34,556 nucleotides of DNA, from contig CANQQV010000015.1 of the NCBI GenBank assembly GCA_947626095.1, positions 1 to 34,556 of the forward strand. Reading direction: 5' to 3'. This document shows positions 17,992 through 27,144 of the stretch, in pieces. The stretch comes from an uncultured Bacilli bacterium. GTDB taxonomy: Bacteria > Bacillota_I > Bacilli_A > RF39 > UBA660. The notes under the pieces are model-generated. The model was not told the origin of the DNA and did not search any database. It was given only the letters and a program-made list of their open reading frames with translations. Both the position numbers and the translations under genes were made by a program. The stretch's first letter is position 1. Each line of letters opens with the position of its first letter.

Positions 17992-19869
17992 TTATTTAAG
18001 TCCCATTTCTTCTCCTTCTACATCAAATTTATTAACGCCATTTAATAAAACTGTCTTTTCTTCATTTTTATCTACTTTATATCTTACTGGAAAATTTTTC
18101 CGATATATTTGTTTATTATAAGCCATTGTTTCATTAACTCTCTGTTCTAGTTCTTCGCCTTCTAATCCCAATACTATATGATAATAAGCTGTAATACCTT
18201 CTTTTAGTGTTCGACCACTAACTACTTTATTAACTTTAGTTAAAATATGTTCACCAATATCAAGGAATATATTTTGAATATCTGCTTTCGAATAATTAAA
18301 ACCATAATCTCTAATTCCTGAATATTTACTAATTATTTCTTGATAAAATTCATTATCTAAAGTTTCAAACTTATCTAATAATTCTCTAATAATATCTGCT
18401 TCTTTTTTATTTTTATTCTTATCTAACAATATATTAATTTTTGCATAAAACTCTTCTAGACTATGCACAAAAAATAATTCATCTACCCCATAACAATTAA
18501 AATAGTTCGATCTTCTTGTCCCATTATATTCATCTTGTGTCATTAGAGCATAACTATAAGTATCATGTTCCATATCATTATCCCATGTTGGATCAGCTAT
18601 AAAATAACCATCTATACCATACTTAGGATCAACTAAATGAACTTCTCTTCTAGCATGATCTCCTCGTTCAATCATGACTTCATGTTCTTTTCCCGTTTTA
18701 GAAGAAACTATCTTTTCTGGCAAAATTACAATATCATCTGGAACATCATCAAATCCTACATTTACTCCTACTGAGTAATCTAAACTAGGTATCCCTAGTT
18801 TTTCTAATAAATCACCAAGTAATCTTGAAAAACCTACACAAACTATATAATCATTATCTAATAACTGATATAGATTTCGTGAATTAGCTTTATCTTCATT
18901 ATTTTCTTTATATTTTTTAAATTGTTTAACCTTATTATAAGCAAATAAATATTTTTCAAAAGGACTTAAATTCATTGCTGGTAAAACCATTTCCATAAGT
19001 CTTCGTTCATTTTTTATATATGTTAAAATATCACAATCTAAACCTAAATGCTTATTAGATTTAATAAAAATATTTTGCGTATCTGGTAATTCTTCCAAAT
19101 GATTTAATAAATAATTATTAAAATCATTTTTATTATCAACATAAAGATATATCTCACCTTTAAAATCTAATTCTTTTAATCTTCTAATAACTTTAAAATA
19201 ATTATTATTATCAAGTGATTTTAAATCAATTTTTGCTTTTTTATTTATGTATTTTAAATAATATAATTCTTCATCATTTAAGGGATTATTAAAATAAAAC
19301 GAATCATTACTTTGTAACATTGTATAAGGATAATAACCAATTAATTCTCTTCTATTATGCAAAATAATTGGATCAAAATTATCTTTAAGTTCTTTACTTA
19401 CTTCATAACTTCTTATTTCTTCGACATTCCCTTTTTTTAAAGAATTATATTCATTAAGTGTTAAAGGAGCCACATCATCCCTATTACCAATTCTAACTCT
19501 TTCTATATTTAGATTATTACCAATTGCTTCACAAAATCGATCATTAACTATCATACTATCAGCTAAAGCAATAAATTCTCCTTTTTTATAACGACAAATA
19601 AATTCAATTAAGTCATCTATTTCCTCTTTATGTTCTTGATAATATTTTGAATCAATACTAAGTACTTTTGATCCAAATACTGCTGAAACTAATACTAACG
19701 GATGTTCATAATCAGAATAAATAACTTTAGTATCTTTAATTAAAGCACACGAATCAATGGAAATTTCTTCTATCTCTAATTCACTTAAATGTTCTTTAAT
19801 TTCGGCAATCGTTAATATTTTAGGATTTAAAAAATCTAATTTATAACCTAGTGCTATTTTTTCCATCAT
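17992..19869 (-). CDS. Transglutaminase-like (papain-fold Cys-His-Asp) protein, cytoplasmic
   Basis: LSPFEKYLFAY, VCVGFSRLLGDLLEKLGIPS (Cys), GDHAR (His) and YFIADPTWD (Asp). No signal peptide or TM. Confidence 0.82.
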   Translation of the reverse strand: MMEKIALGYKLDFLNPKILTIAEIKEHLSELEIEEISIDSCALIKDTKVIYSDYEHPLVLVSAVFGSKVLSIDSKYYQEHKEEIDDLIEFICRYKKGEFIALADSMIVNDRFCEAIGNNLNIERVRIGNRDDVAPLTLNEYNSLKKGNVEEIRSYEVSKELKDNFDPIILHNRRELIGYYPYTMLQSNDSFYFNNPLNDEELYYLKYINKKAKIDLKSLDNNNYFKVIRRLKELDFKGEIYLYVDNKNDFNNYLLNHLEELPDTQNIFIKSNKHLGLDCDILTYIKNERRLMEMVLPAMNLSPFEKYLFAYNKVKQFKKYKENNEDKANSRNLYQLLDNDYIVCVGFSRLLGDLLEKLGIPSLDYSVGVNVGFDDVPDDIVILPEKIVSSKTGKEHEVMIERGDHARREVHLVDPKYGIDGYFIADPTWDNDMEHDTYSYALMTQDEYNGTRRSNYFNCYGVDELFFVHSLEEFYAKINILLDKNKNKKEADIIRELLDKFETLDNEFYQEIISKYSGIRDYGFNYSKADIQNIFLDIGEHILTKVNKVVSGRTLKEGITAYYHIVLGLEGEELEQRVNETMAYNKQIYRKNFPVRYKVDKNEEKTVLLNGVNKFDVEGEEMGLK

Positions 19870-19885
19870 ATCACCTATTATTTAA

Positions 19886-19894
19886 ATTATAACA
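19886..19894 (-). promoter_or_regulatory. Extended -10 promoter of the transglutaminase-like gene
   Basis: TGTTATAAT directly after the T tract of the der terminator. Confidence 0.6.
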
Positions 19895-19918
19895 AAAAAA
19901 TGATGATTATTCATCATC
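19894..19918 (-). terminator. der terminator
   Basis: GATGATGA-ATAA-TCATCATT hairpin plus T7, overlapping the stop codon. Confidence 0.55.
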
Positions 19919-21235
19919 ATCTTCGTCTTTACTACCTCTATTTTTAAATTGTAAAATAATCGGTGTTCCTGTAAAATCAAAATTCTTTCTAATCGTATTT
20001 TCTAAATATCTTTCATAACTAAAATGAACTAAGCCTTTATCATTACATCTAAAAGTAAATTTAGGTGGACATATTCCCGTTTGACTACTAAAGTAAATCT
20101 TTAACTTACGTCCTTTATATCCTGGTGCATCATGTAACTTAGTTGCATCAGTAATTACATTATTTAAAAGTGATGTTTTAACTTCACGATGGTTATTTTC
20201 ATAAGCACTTAGTATTTCTGGCATTAAAGTATGTAATCTTTTCTTTGTTAAAGCCGATAAGAATACTACTTTAGCATAAGTCATAAACTGAAATTCGTTT
20301 TCTAAAAGTACTTTCCATTCTTTAATTGCTGAATCTTTATCTTCTATCGTATCCCATTTATTAACTACTAAGACTAAACCTTTACCAGCTTCTATTGCAT
20401 AACTAGCAATATGTTTATCATGCTCAATAATTCCTTCTTTTGCATCTATCACTAATACACATACATCAGATCGATCAATAGCTTTTAAACTTCTAAGTAA
20501 ACTATATTTTTCTACTGATTCATATATCCTACCTTGTTTACGCATTCCTGCTGTATCAATAACGATATAGTCTTCATTATTATATCTAAATCTTGTATCG
20601 ACCGAATCTCTAGTTGTTCCTGCAACATCAGAAACAATTGCTCTTTCTTCATTTAATAAAGCATTAACTAAACTACTTTTACCAACATTAGGTCGACCAA
20701 TAATACAAAATTTTAAGATATTTTCAGGCATATCAGTATTCTCTTTAAAATCTCTAGTTATTTCATCTAATAAATCACCAAAGCCTAAATTATGAGAAGC
20801 AGATATAGGTATTACATATTGAAAACCTAATTCATAGTAATAATATATTCTTTCTTCTTGCATCTTAACATTATCTAATTTATTTAAAGCAACAATAACT
20901 TTTTTATTAGTTTTCATTAACATATCACGAATATATAAATCATTACTTGTTAAATCTTCACGTCCATCAACAACAAAAACAATTACATCAGATTCATCAA
21001 TTGCAATCTCTGCTTGTAATCTAATATCTTTATTAAAATCACCTTCGCCTAAATCTATTCCTCCAGTATCAACTAGTAAAAAAGTTTTCTCATCATAAGT
21101 AACATCACCATATAAACGATCTCTTGTTACTCCTGGAGTATCTAAGATAATAGCTTTATTTTCTTTAATTAAACGATTAAATATTGTACTTTTGCCAACA
21201 TTAGGTCTTCCGATTAAACAAACTGTCTTTTTCAT
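19907..21235 (-). CDS. der: Ribosome biogenesis GTPase Der (EngA)
   Basis: Two tandem G domains (GRPNVGKS twice, GVTRD/GTTRD, DTGG/DTAG, NKLD/NKWD) and KH-like tail HFSYERYLEN...GTPI. Confidence 0.98.
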   Translation of the reverse strand: MKKTVCLIGRPNVGKSTIFNRLIKENKAIILDTPGVTRDRLYGDVTYDEKTFLLVDTGGIDLGEGDFNKDIRLQAEIAIDESDVIVFVVDGREDLTSNDLYIRDMLMKTNKKVIVALNKLDNVKMQEERIYYYYELGFQYVIPISASHNLGFGDLLDEITRDFKENTDMPENILKFCIIGRPNVGKSSLVNALLNEERAIVSDVAGTTRDSVDTRFRYNNEDYIVIDTAGMRKQGRIYESVEKYSLLRSLKAIDRSDVCVLVIDAKEGIIEHDKHIASYAIEAGKGLVLVVNKWDTIEDKDSAIKEWKVLLENEFQFMTYAKVVFLSALTKKRLHTLMPEILSAYENNHREVKTSLLNNVITDATKLHDAPGYKGRKLKIYFSSQTGICPPKFTFRCNDKGLVHFSYERYLENTIRKNFDFTGTPIILQFKNRGSKDEDDDE

Positions 21236-21319
21236 CTTCTACCCCTCATTTCTCGTGGTATTTTAACATAATTATTATCATATGTAAAATTCTCTTTTAA
21301 TTATAAATTATCTCTAAAC

Positions 21320-21345
21320 AAAAGAAAAGGTACTAATTAGTACCT
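21320..21345 (-). terminator. ysxC terminator
   Basis: AGGTACTA/TAGTACCT stem followed by TTTCTTTT. Confidence 0.6.
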
Positions 21346-21923
21346 AGACAACCTTCAATAATTGTATATAACTCTTCTCTTCCTTTTTTCGTTACTGAAG
21401 AAAATAAAACAATATTATCATTTCCTTTAAGTTCAAAAGAATCACGTAAAGCATTTTCATTCTTAACACGATCTTTTTGGCCTACTTTATCATACTTAGT
21501 TGCTACTATCGTTACATCTAAATTATAATATTTCATAAAGTTATACATTAGCAAATCATCTTCTGTTGGTTTATGTCTAAAATCAACTAACAAAAAGACT
21601 CTTTTTAAACATTTTCTTTTTATTAAATACTCTTCAATCATTAAACCAAATTTCTTTTGTGTATCCTGTGAAACAGAAGCATAACCATAACCAGGTACAT
21701 CTACTAAATAAAACCTATCATTAATTAAATAGAAATTTAAAGTCTTTGTTTTACCAGGTGTTGCACTAGTATGCGCAAAATTCTTACGACATATCAAAGA
21801 ATTAATAAAAGAACTTTTACCAACATTACTTCTTCCTACTAACAAAAACTCACTTTTATCATCATCAGGGTATTGACTAGTTCTAACTGCTATACTTTTA
21901 AGCTCGACGCTATCAATTTTCAT
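21333..21923 (-). CDS. engB: Ribosome biogenesis GTP-binding protein YsxC/YihA (EngB)
   Basis: GRSNVGKSS, TPGKT, DVPGYGYA and TKYDK motifs. Likely start ATG 21923. Confidence 0.96.
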   Translation of the reverse strand: MKIDSVELKSIAVRTSQYPDDDKSEFLLVGRSNVGKSSFINSLICRKNFAHTSATPGKTKTLNFYLINDRFYLVDVPGYGYASVSQDTQKKFGLMIEEYLIKRKCLKRVFLLVDFRHKPTEDDLLMYNFMKYYNLDVTIVATKYDKVGQKDRVKNENALRDSFELKGNDNIVLFSSVTKKGREELYTIIEGCLGTN

Positions 21924-21942
21924 AGTTATCACCACTAGCCAT

Positions 21943-21972
21943 ATTATAAAGGAAAAAAGAAGGTAATGTCAA
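21943..21972 (-). promoter_or_regulatory. sigmaA promoter for ysxC
   Basis: TTGACA (21967-21972), 18-nt spacer, TATAAT (21943-21948). Confidence 0.7.
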
Positions 21973-21982
21973 ATCACCTTCT
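21953..21982 (-). terminator. glmS terminator
   Basis: AGAAGGTGAT-TTGAC-ATTACCTTCT hairpin plus T tract. Confidence 0.7.
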
Positions 21983-23766
21983 TATTCAACTGTTACACTC
22001 TTAGCTAAATTACGTGGTTTATCAATATCACAACCATTTAACTTAGCCACATAATAAGCTATTAGCTGACAATTAACCATTACTAACGCTCCACTAATAA
22101 GTTCATGAACTTTAGGTATTAAAATCAATTCATCATATAACGATTTATCATCTATTTCTCTATTACTAATTATAATACTTAAAGCTTTTCTTGCTTTTAC
22201 TTCTTTTATATTACTTAATGTTTTAGTTCTAATATCATCATCCGTAACAATACTTATTACTGGCGTCTTATCTTCTATTAAACTAATCGTTCCGTGTTTT
22301 AATTCACCAGCTGCATACGCTTCACTATGTAAATAACTTACTTCCTTTAACTTTAATGAAGCTTCTAAACAAAGTGCATAATCTAACTTACGTCCTAAAT
22401 AAAAAATATCTTTCTTTTGATAAATTAATTGGGCAATTTTTTCTAACTTTTCTTTATTTTCTAATTCATCACTAATTAGTTTATCTAACTCTTTATACTC
22501 TTTTAATACATCTTTACTTAGACTTTTATTCTTAATTCCTAAATATAAAGCTATTAAAGATAATATCATCATTTGACACAAATAAGCTTTAGTTGTTGCT
22601 ACTGCTATTTCTGGTCCCGCTTTAATATATAATACTTTATCTGCTTCTCTTGCTATTGATGAACCAACAACATTTACTATTGCTAATGTCTGAGTTCCCA
22701 TTTCTTTAGCTTTTCTTAAAACAGCTAAAGTATCAGCTGTTTCCCCAGACTGACTTATTAAAATAATTAAATGCTTTTTTCGGTAAATATGTTCTGTATA
22801 ACGATATTCTGATGCAATATCAGTTCTAACTTCTACTTTACCATATTTAGTAATTAAATATTTACCAACTAAGCCAACATGGTAAGCACTACCACAACCA
22901 ACAATATCAATAGCTTCATATTTTTCTAATCCTTTTAATTTTTCTTCTAATGCTTCATAACTATTAATATATTCGTTAATCGTTTCCATCACTGCTTTAG
23001 GCTGTTCCTCGATTTCTTTAAGCATATAATGATCATAACCATTTTTCATTGCTGCATCAATGCTACCTTCAAATACTTCTAACGATTTTGTACTTATCTT
23101 TCCATCTTTATCATAAATAGTTACATCATTTTTACTTAATACAGCATATTCATCATTTAAAAGTAAATAATACATCTTCGTATATTCTAAAATAGCTGGA
23201 ACATCACTCGCTATATAATTACCATCTTCACTTATGCCAATAATTAATGGACTATCTTTTCTAATAGCATATATCATATCTAAACCATCAACTAAAACTC
23301 CTAAAGCATAACTACCTTTTAAATAGTCTTTTAATTTAGCTAGAACTTTTAACATATCATTATCTTCTTGATATAGTTTATCTATTAAAGCTGCTACTAC
23401 TTCACTATCTGTTTCACTTTGCCATTTATATTCTTTTAAATATTTTTTTAATTTCTCATAATTTTCAATTATTCCATTATGCACTAAAGTTATCTTTCCA
23501 ACCTTATGAGGATGACTATTTACTGTACATGGCATACCATGAGTCGCCCACCTTGTATGACCAATTCCCATATAAGAATCAAGATCTTTATTTATTAATT
23601 CTTTAAGATTTACTATTTTCCCCTCTTCTTTAACTATTTCAATATCGTTATTTAATTTATAAGCAATCCCGGCACTATCATAACCACGATATTCTAAAGA
23701 TTCCAAACCTTTTATTATTTTAGGTATACATTTATCTTTCCCAATGTATCCGACAATTCCACACAC
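21982..23766 (-). CDS. glmS: Glutamine--fructose-6-phosphate aminotransferase
   Basis: GTG start at 23766 (GGAGG RBS) gives N-terminal (M)CGIVG. LEYRGYDSAG, GHTRWATHG, SQSGETADT and PRNLAKSVTVE motifs. Confidence 0.98.
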   Translation of the reverse strand: MCGIVGYIGKDKCIPKIIKGLESLEYRGYDSAGIAYKLNNDIEIVKEEGKIVNLKELINKDLDSYMGIGHTRWATHGMPCTVNSHPHKVGKITLVHNGIIENYEKLKKYLKEYKWQSETDSEVVAALIDKLYQEDNDMLKVLAKLKDYLKGSYALGVLVDGLDMIYAIRKDSPLIIGISEDGNYIASDVPAILEYTKMYYLLLNDEYAVLSKNDVTIYDKDGKISTKSLEVFEGSIDAAMKNGYDHYMLKEIEEQPKAVMETINEYINSYEALEEKLKGLEKYEAIDIVGCGSAYHVGLVGKYLITKYGKVEVRTDIASEYRYTEHIYRKKHLIILISQSGETADTLAVLRKAKEMGTQTLAIVNVVGSSIAREADKVLYIKAGPEIAVATTKAYLCQMMILSLIALYLGIKNKSLSKDVLKEYKELDKLISDELENKEKLEKIAQLIYQKKDIFYLGRKLDYALCLEASLKLKEVSYLHSEAYAAGELKHGTISLIEDKTPVISIVTDDDIRTKTLSNIKEVKARKALSIIISNREIDDKSLYDELILIPKVHELISGALVMVNCQLIAYYVAKLNGCDIDKPRNLAKSVTVE

Positions 23767-23787
23767 AAAAAATTCCTCCATACAAAA

Positions 23788-23926
23788 AAGATATGGAGAA
23801 TTATTCTTTGTTACAATCTTGATTTTGCTTTTTTAATAATTCTAACGTTTCCACTCTTACGTAGTAATACCCGCCGAATCTTTCGAACCTTACTAACCTC
23901 GTCATCCTTAAAGGACCTGGCGCTAA
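23788..23926 (-). ncRNA. glmS ribozyme (GlcN6P-activated self-cleaving riboswitch)
   Basis: Minus strand reads AGCGCCAGG-TCCTTTAAGGA-TGACGAGG...TCGAAAGATTCGGCGG...; P4-like AGAATTATT/AATAATTCT stem; lies in the glmS leader. Confidence 0.92.
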
Positions 23927-23966
23927 CTTAAAAATACTACCTTTCTTCATTTAAGTTTTATACTTA

Positions 23967-23996
23967 ATTATATGCGTATCCATTAAAAAAAGTCAA
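23967..23996 (-). promoter_or_regulatory. sigmaA promoter for glmS
   Basis: TTGACT (23991-23996), 18-nt spacer, TATAAT (23967-23972). Confidence 0.65.
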
Positions 23997-24012
23997 TAAA
24001 TTGGCTTAAAAC

Positions 24013-24042
24013 AAAAGAATACTACATTTAAATAGTATTCTT
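24013..24042 (-). terminator. Terminator after the Rpn-family gene
   Basis: AAGAATACTA/TAGTATTCTT stem plus T residues. Confidence 0.6.
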
Positions 24043-24047
24043 ATTCT

Positions 24048-24959
24048 TTAAAAATTTAATTCATTTAATGACATATTTAATCTTTGCGATAATTCTTCTT
24101 TAGACATTCCTGAATTTAGAAGTTGCTTAACAATATTAGCTTGACCCTCGATACGGCCTTCTTTAATTCCTAGTTTACGTCCTTCAACACGACCTTCTTT
24201 TAATCCTTCTCTACGAGCATTTTTTCTTATTTCTTTTTCTAAAGCTTTGGAAAAATCACGACGTTCCTCTGGTGTCATTAAATCCTCTTCTGCTGTCATT
24301 ACATGTATCATATCTTTTAAAACACTCATCCTTTCTTTATTACCTTTAGCATACATTGCCATTTCTTTAAAACTTTTAGCTTCAAACATTTTATAATCTA
24401 GTTGTTCTTCTTTATTATAACATGATATAGATATAATTGGTATATAAATATTAAATAATCTTATACTTTTTAAATCGATATTATTATTCTTATCTTTCAT
24501 TGAAAACTCACTTACTGAAATTCCTTCATTATCTTTAGCTTTAAAGCAATTCAAATTAACTTGATCGACTAATAAATCTTTCTCATATTTATCTTTCTTC
24601 CTTCCTGCATAAAAATTTCCGGCTATCTTATATAAATATGATTCATTCCTATTCATTAATACCTTATAATAAGTTTTATTAAGTTCAATATTTACAATTC
24701 TTTTTCTATCTTTTGCTACTAAAATAATATCTACTTTGTTAAAGACACTTTCTTTCGTATCAATTGGTAGCTCATTATATCTTAAATCAAAATCAGATAC
24801 ATCATACCCAACTATTCTTTTAATAACACGATAAAAAAACTTTTTAGTATCAGTACTTCCCTTTACCCACAATGACTTAAAAAGAAAATCTGTAGTCAAA
24901 GGGATAAAATCTAATATTTCATCTTGCAATTCCATTGGTAAATTAATTATTTTAATCAC
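24048..24959 (-). CDS. Rpn-family PD-(D/E)XK nuclease (putative transposase-like)
   Basis: TDFLFK, KVDII...NIELN, C-terminal EG..EG repeats and GMSKEEL HTH-like tail. Start codon uncertain. Confidence 0.78.
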   Translation of the reverse strand: MIKIINLPMELQDEILDFIPLTTDFLFKSLWVKGSTDTKKFFYRVIKRIVGYDVSDFDLRYNELPIDTKESVFNKVDIILVAKDRKRIVNIELNKTYYKVLMNRNESYLYKIAGNFYAGRKKDKYEKDLLVDQVNLNCFKAKDNEGISVSEFSMKDKNNNIDLKSIRLFNIYIPIISISCYNKEEQLDYKMFEAKSFKEMAMYAKGNKERMSVLKDMIHVMTAEEDLMTPEERRDFSKALEKEIRKNARREGLKEGRVEGRKLGIKEGRIEGQANIVKQLLNSGMSKEELSQRLNMSLNELNF

Positions 24960-25026
24960 CTCCCCCTACTTTAATTATTCTCTATAAAATCGCAATTTCC
25001 TTTTTTTTATAAAAAAAGAAAGTTTT

Positions 25027-25539
25027 TTAATTAACTTTCTCTCCTGTTATAATTTCTAATGTTTCAAACATTGTATCAACACTATCTAAAACTATATCAT
25101 AATACTCACTATCAGCTTCATAAAAAGCTACAATCAACTTACTATCTTTCTTATACACATTAACTAATACTTGTTTCATATCATATTCATATAAGAAAGA
25201 ATAAGCTTCATACTTATCCGTAATATTTGCCGAACTAATTAAAGTATAACCTGTATTCTGTTTTTCAATACTTAGCATAATATCACTTATTAAATCACTT
25301 AATGGTATATCAATATAATTATCTTCTAATTTCTTATATTGAATTTTTACTATACTATGTGACTTTTTATGTTCTAATACTAACTTATTATCATTATCTT
25401 TAACTTTCCACGTATTATCATAGTTAATTTTAAAATTATTATCACTATACTCTTTAATTTGCATACTATAAGAATAATAAAATCCCCCTAATAATGCTAT
25501 ACCTATAATAAAAAGTATTATTAATATTTTATTTCTCAT
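25027..25539 (-). CDS. Small exported or membrane-anchored protein, PsbP/Mog1-like pattern
   Basis: N-terminal TM, YSDNNFKINYDNTWKV (F.i.YP..W-like) and C-terminal helix YYDIVLDSVDTMFETLEI. Confidence 0.6.
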   Translation of the reverse strand: MRNKILIILFIIGIALLGGFYYSYSMQIKEYSDNNFKINYDNTWKVKDNDNKLVLEHKKSHSIVKIQYKKLEDNYIDIPLSDLISDIMLSIEKQNTGYTLISSANITDKYEAYSFLYEYDMKQVLVNVYKKDSKLIVAFYEADSEYYDIVLDSVDTMFETLEIITGEKVN

Positions 25540-25541
25540 CA

Positions 25542-27143
25542 CTATTTCTCCATAATAAGAATAATTAAGTAATCTAAATCATTTTTAATTACTACCTTAT
25601 ACTTTTTACCTTCATATATTATTTTATTATTCTTTTCATATCCTTTTTTATAGCCATCTTCTTCTAAAGCCTTAGCATAATCTGAAACTAAGTATATTGA
25701 ACTTATCATTCCCTCAGTTTCATTACGATATCTAAGACTTAAAATATTATCTTTAAATGAAGCCTTAAGTAAAGGTAAATCAATATTTTTTAAAACATCT
25801 CCTACTTGTTTAAATTCTACTGATTCTTGACCTGTATTATTATATTGTACTTCTTCTTCACTATCATTTTGATAATAACTTGTTTTAAAATTTTCTAAAG
25901 AAACTGCTTTAATATTATTAAATGTTTGTAATTCTAAAATACTTTGTAATTCTTTTAAATAGTCAGTACTATTAGCATAGGACAAATCACTATTTACCAT
26001 ATCAGCTACGGTAAAACCAACTACGTTACCATTAATATCATATAAAGCACTACCTACATCACTATCACTCAAAGTAAATAAATTCTTCATTCGCCCATTT
26101 TCATTCTTAATAAGCGCCCCATAACTGATACTAAAATTATCATTGGACTTACTATTTATCATTATTAAATTATCATTTGTTTTAACATCTTTACTATTAC
26201 CAAGTTTAACACTTTGTAATACTTCTTTTTCTAATTTCAATAGTACTACATCATAACTAGCTTCTGCAGCAACAATTCCTGAGACATTATAAGTATTACC
26301 ATCAACATCACTAACATAAACATAATTACTATCATTTAAAATTTTTAAAAAATTTGACCACGTTGTAGCTACTATTCCTTTTCTTAGAATAAAGCCACTA
26401 CCATACTCGTTAACTCCAGTTTCATTCATCCCTGTAATACTTACATTACTATTTTTATTATTTTCATATATTTCTTTTAATTTTTCATCACTTATACTTT
26501 GTAACTGTGAATCACTATTTAGTGATAATTTATTATAAGTACCACCAATTATATTTCCATTTTCTTCCTTTAAAGCTACCTCATTATAATAATTTTCTAA
26601 ATTACTACCATAAGTTAACCATGGAAAAAATAATTTATAACCATCACTATTTTCTTTTAACCAAAAAGCTAAAATTAAATCTTCACTTTTACCTTCTACT
26701 TTAGCATCAGTTAAATAGACAAAAGATAATGCATCCTTCTCATTAAAACTAACAGTTCTAATATCTTTAATATAATCTGCTTCTATCTTTTTATCTTTAA
26801 TCATTTCTAAATACATTTGAATAAATAAAGCTCCCGACAAAGTATCTGCTCCATTAGTTTCACTAGTATATAAGTATTTTTTACTAAACTCCTTATATAA
26901 CTCATCATAACTTTTATTACTTAATGATTCTTTAACTAATTCTTTTGTAAAATTACTAATCTTTTCATCATTAATAATTCTTTTATCAAAGCCATCTACC
27001 GAAATACTATAAGATTTATTTAAACTATTAATTACTTCATTACTTTTAGCATGAATATCTATTTTATCTACATCAATATCAAAGGCATAAGATATTTTAA
27101 TAAAGCTTAAACTTATAATTAATAAAAATATTATTTTTTTCAT
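25542..27143 (-). CDS. Secreted protein with degenerate trypsin-like (HtrA-type) domain
   Basis: Signal peptide, GSGFIL, YDVVLLKL, VKLGNS and GSALYDINGNVVG. Catalytic His and Ser positions substituted. Confidence 0.78.
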   Translation of the reverse strand: MKKIIFLLIISLSFIKISYAFDIDVDKIDIHAKSNEVINSLNKSYSISVDGFDKRIINDEKISNFTKELVKESLSNKSYDELYKEFSKKYLYTSETNGADTLSGALFIQMYLEMIKDKKIEADYIKDIRTVSFNEKDALSFVYLTDAKVEGKSEDLILAFWLKENSDGYKLFFPWLTYGSNLENYYNEVALKEENGNIIGGTYNKLSLNSDSQLQSISDEKLKEIYENNKNSNVSITGMNETGVNEYGSGFILRKGIVATTWSNFLKILNDSNYVYVSDVDGNTYNVSGIVAAEASYDVVLLKLEKEVLQSVKLGNSKDVKTNDNLIMINSKSNDNFSISYGALIKNENGRMKNLFTLSDSDVGSALYDINGNVVGFTVADMVNSDLSYANSTDYLKELQSILELQTFNNIKAVSLENFKTSYYQNDSEEEVQYNNTGQESVEFKQVGDVLKNIDLPLLKASFKDNILSLRYRNETEGMISSIYLVSDYAKALEEDGYKKGYEKNNKIIYEGKKYKVVIKNDLDYLIILIMEK

Positions 27144-27144
27144 C

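Noticed and set aside
17712-18121. Plus-strand ORFs 17712-17960 and 17924-18121
   Set aside because: Antisense to longer credible genes and overlapping the operon promoter
13205-19869. Prophage or integrative element interpretation of the AAA/transglutaminase block
   Set aside because: No integrase, structural genes or att-like repeats were visible, and no obvious compositional shift
10040-23560. Arginine codon reassignment (e.g. AGG to Met, reported in some uncultured Bacilli)
   Set aside because: AGG encodes the conserved Arg in the deacetylase RFPGG and GlmS HTRW motifs. CGG is too rare here to assess
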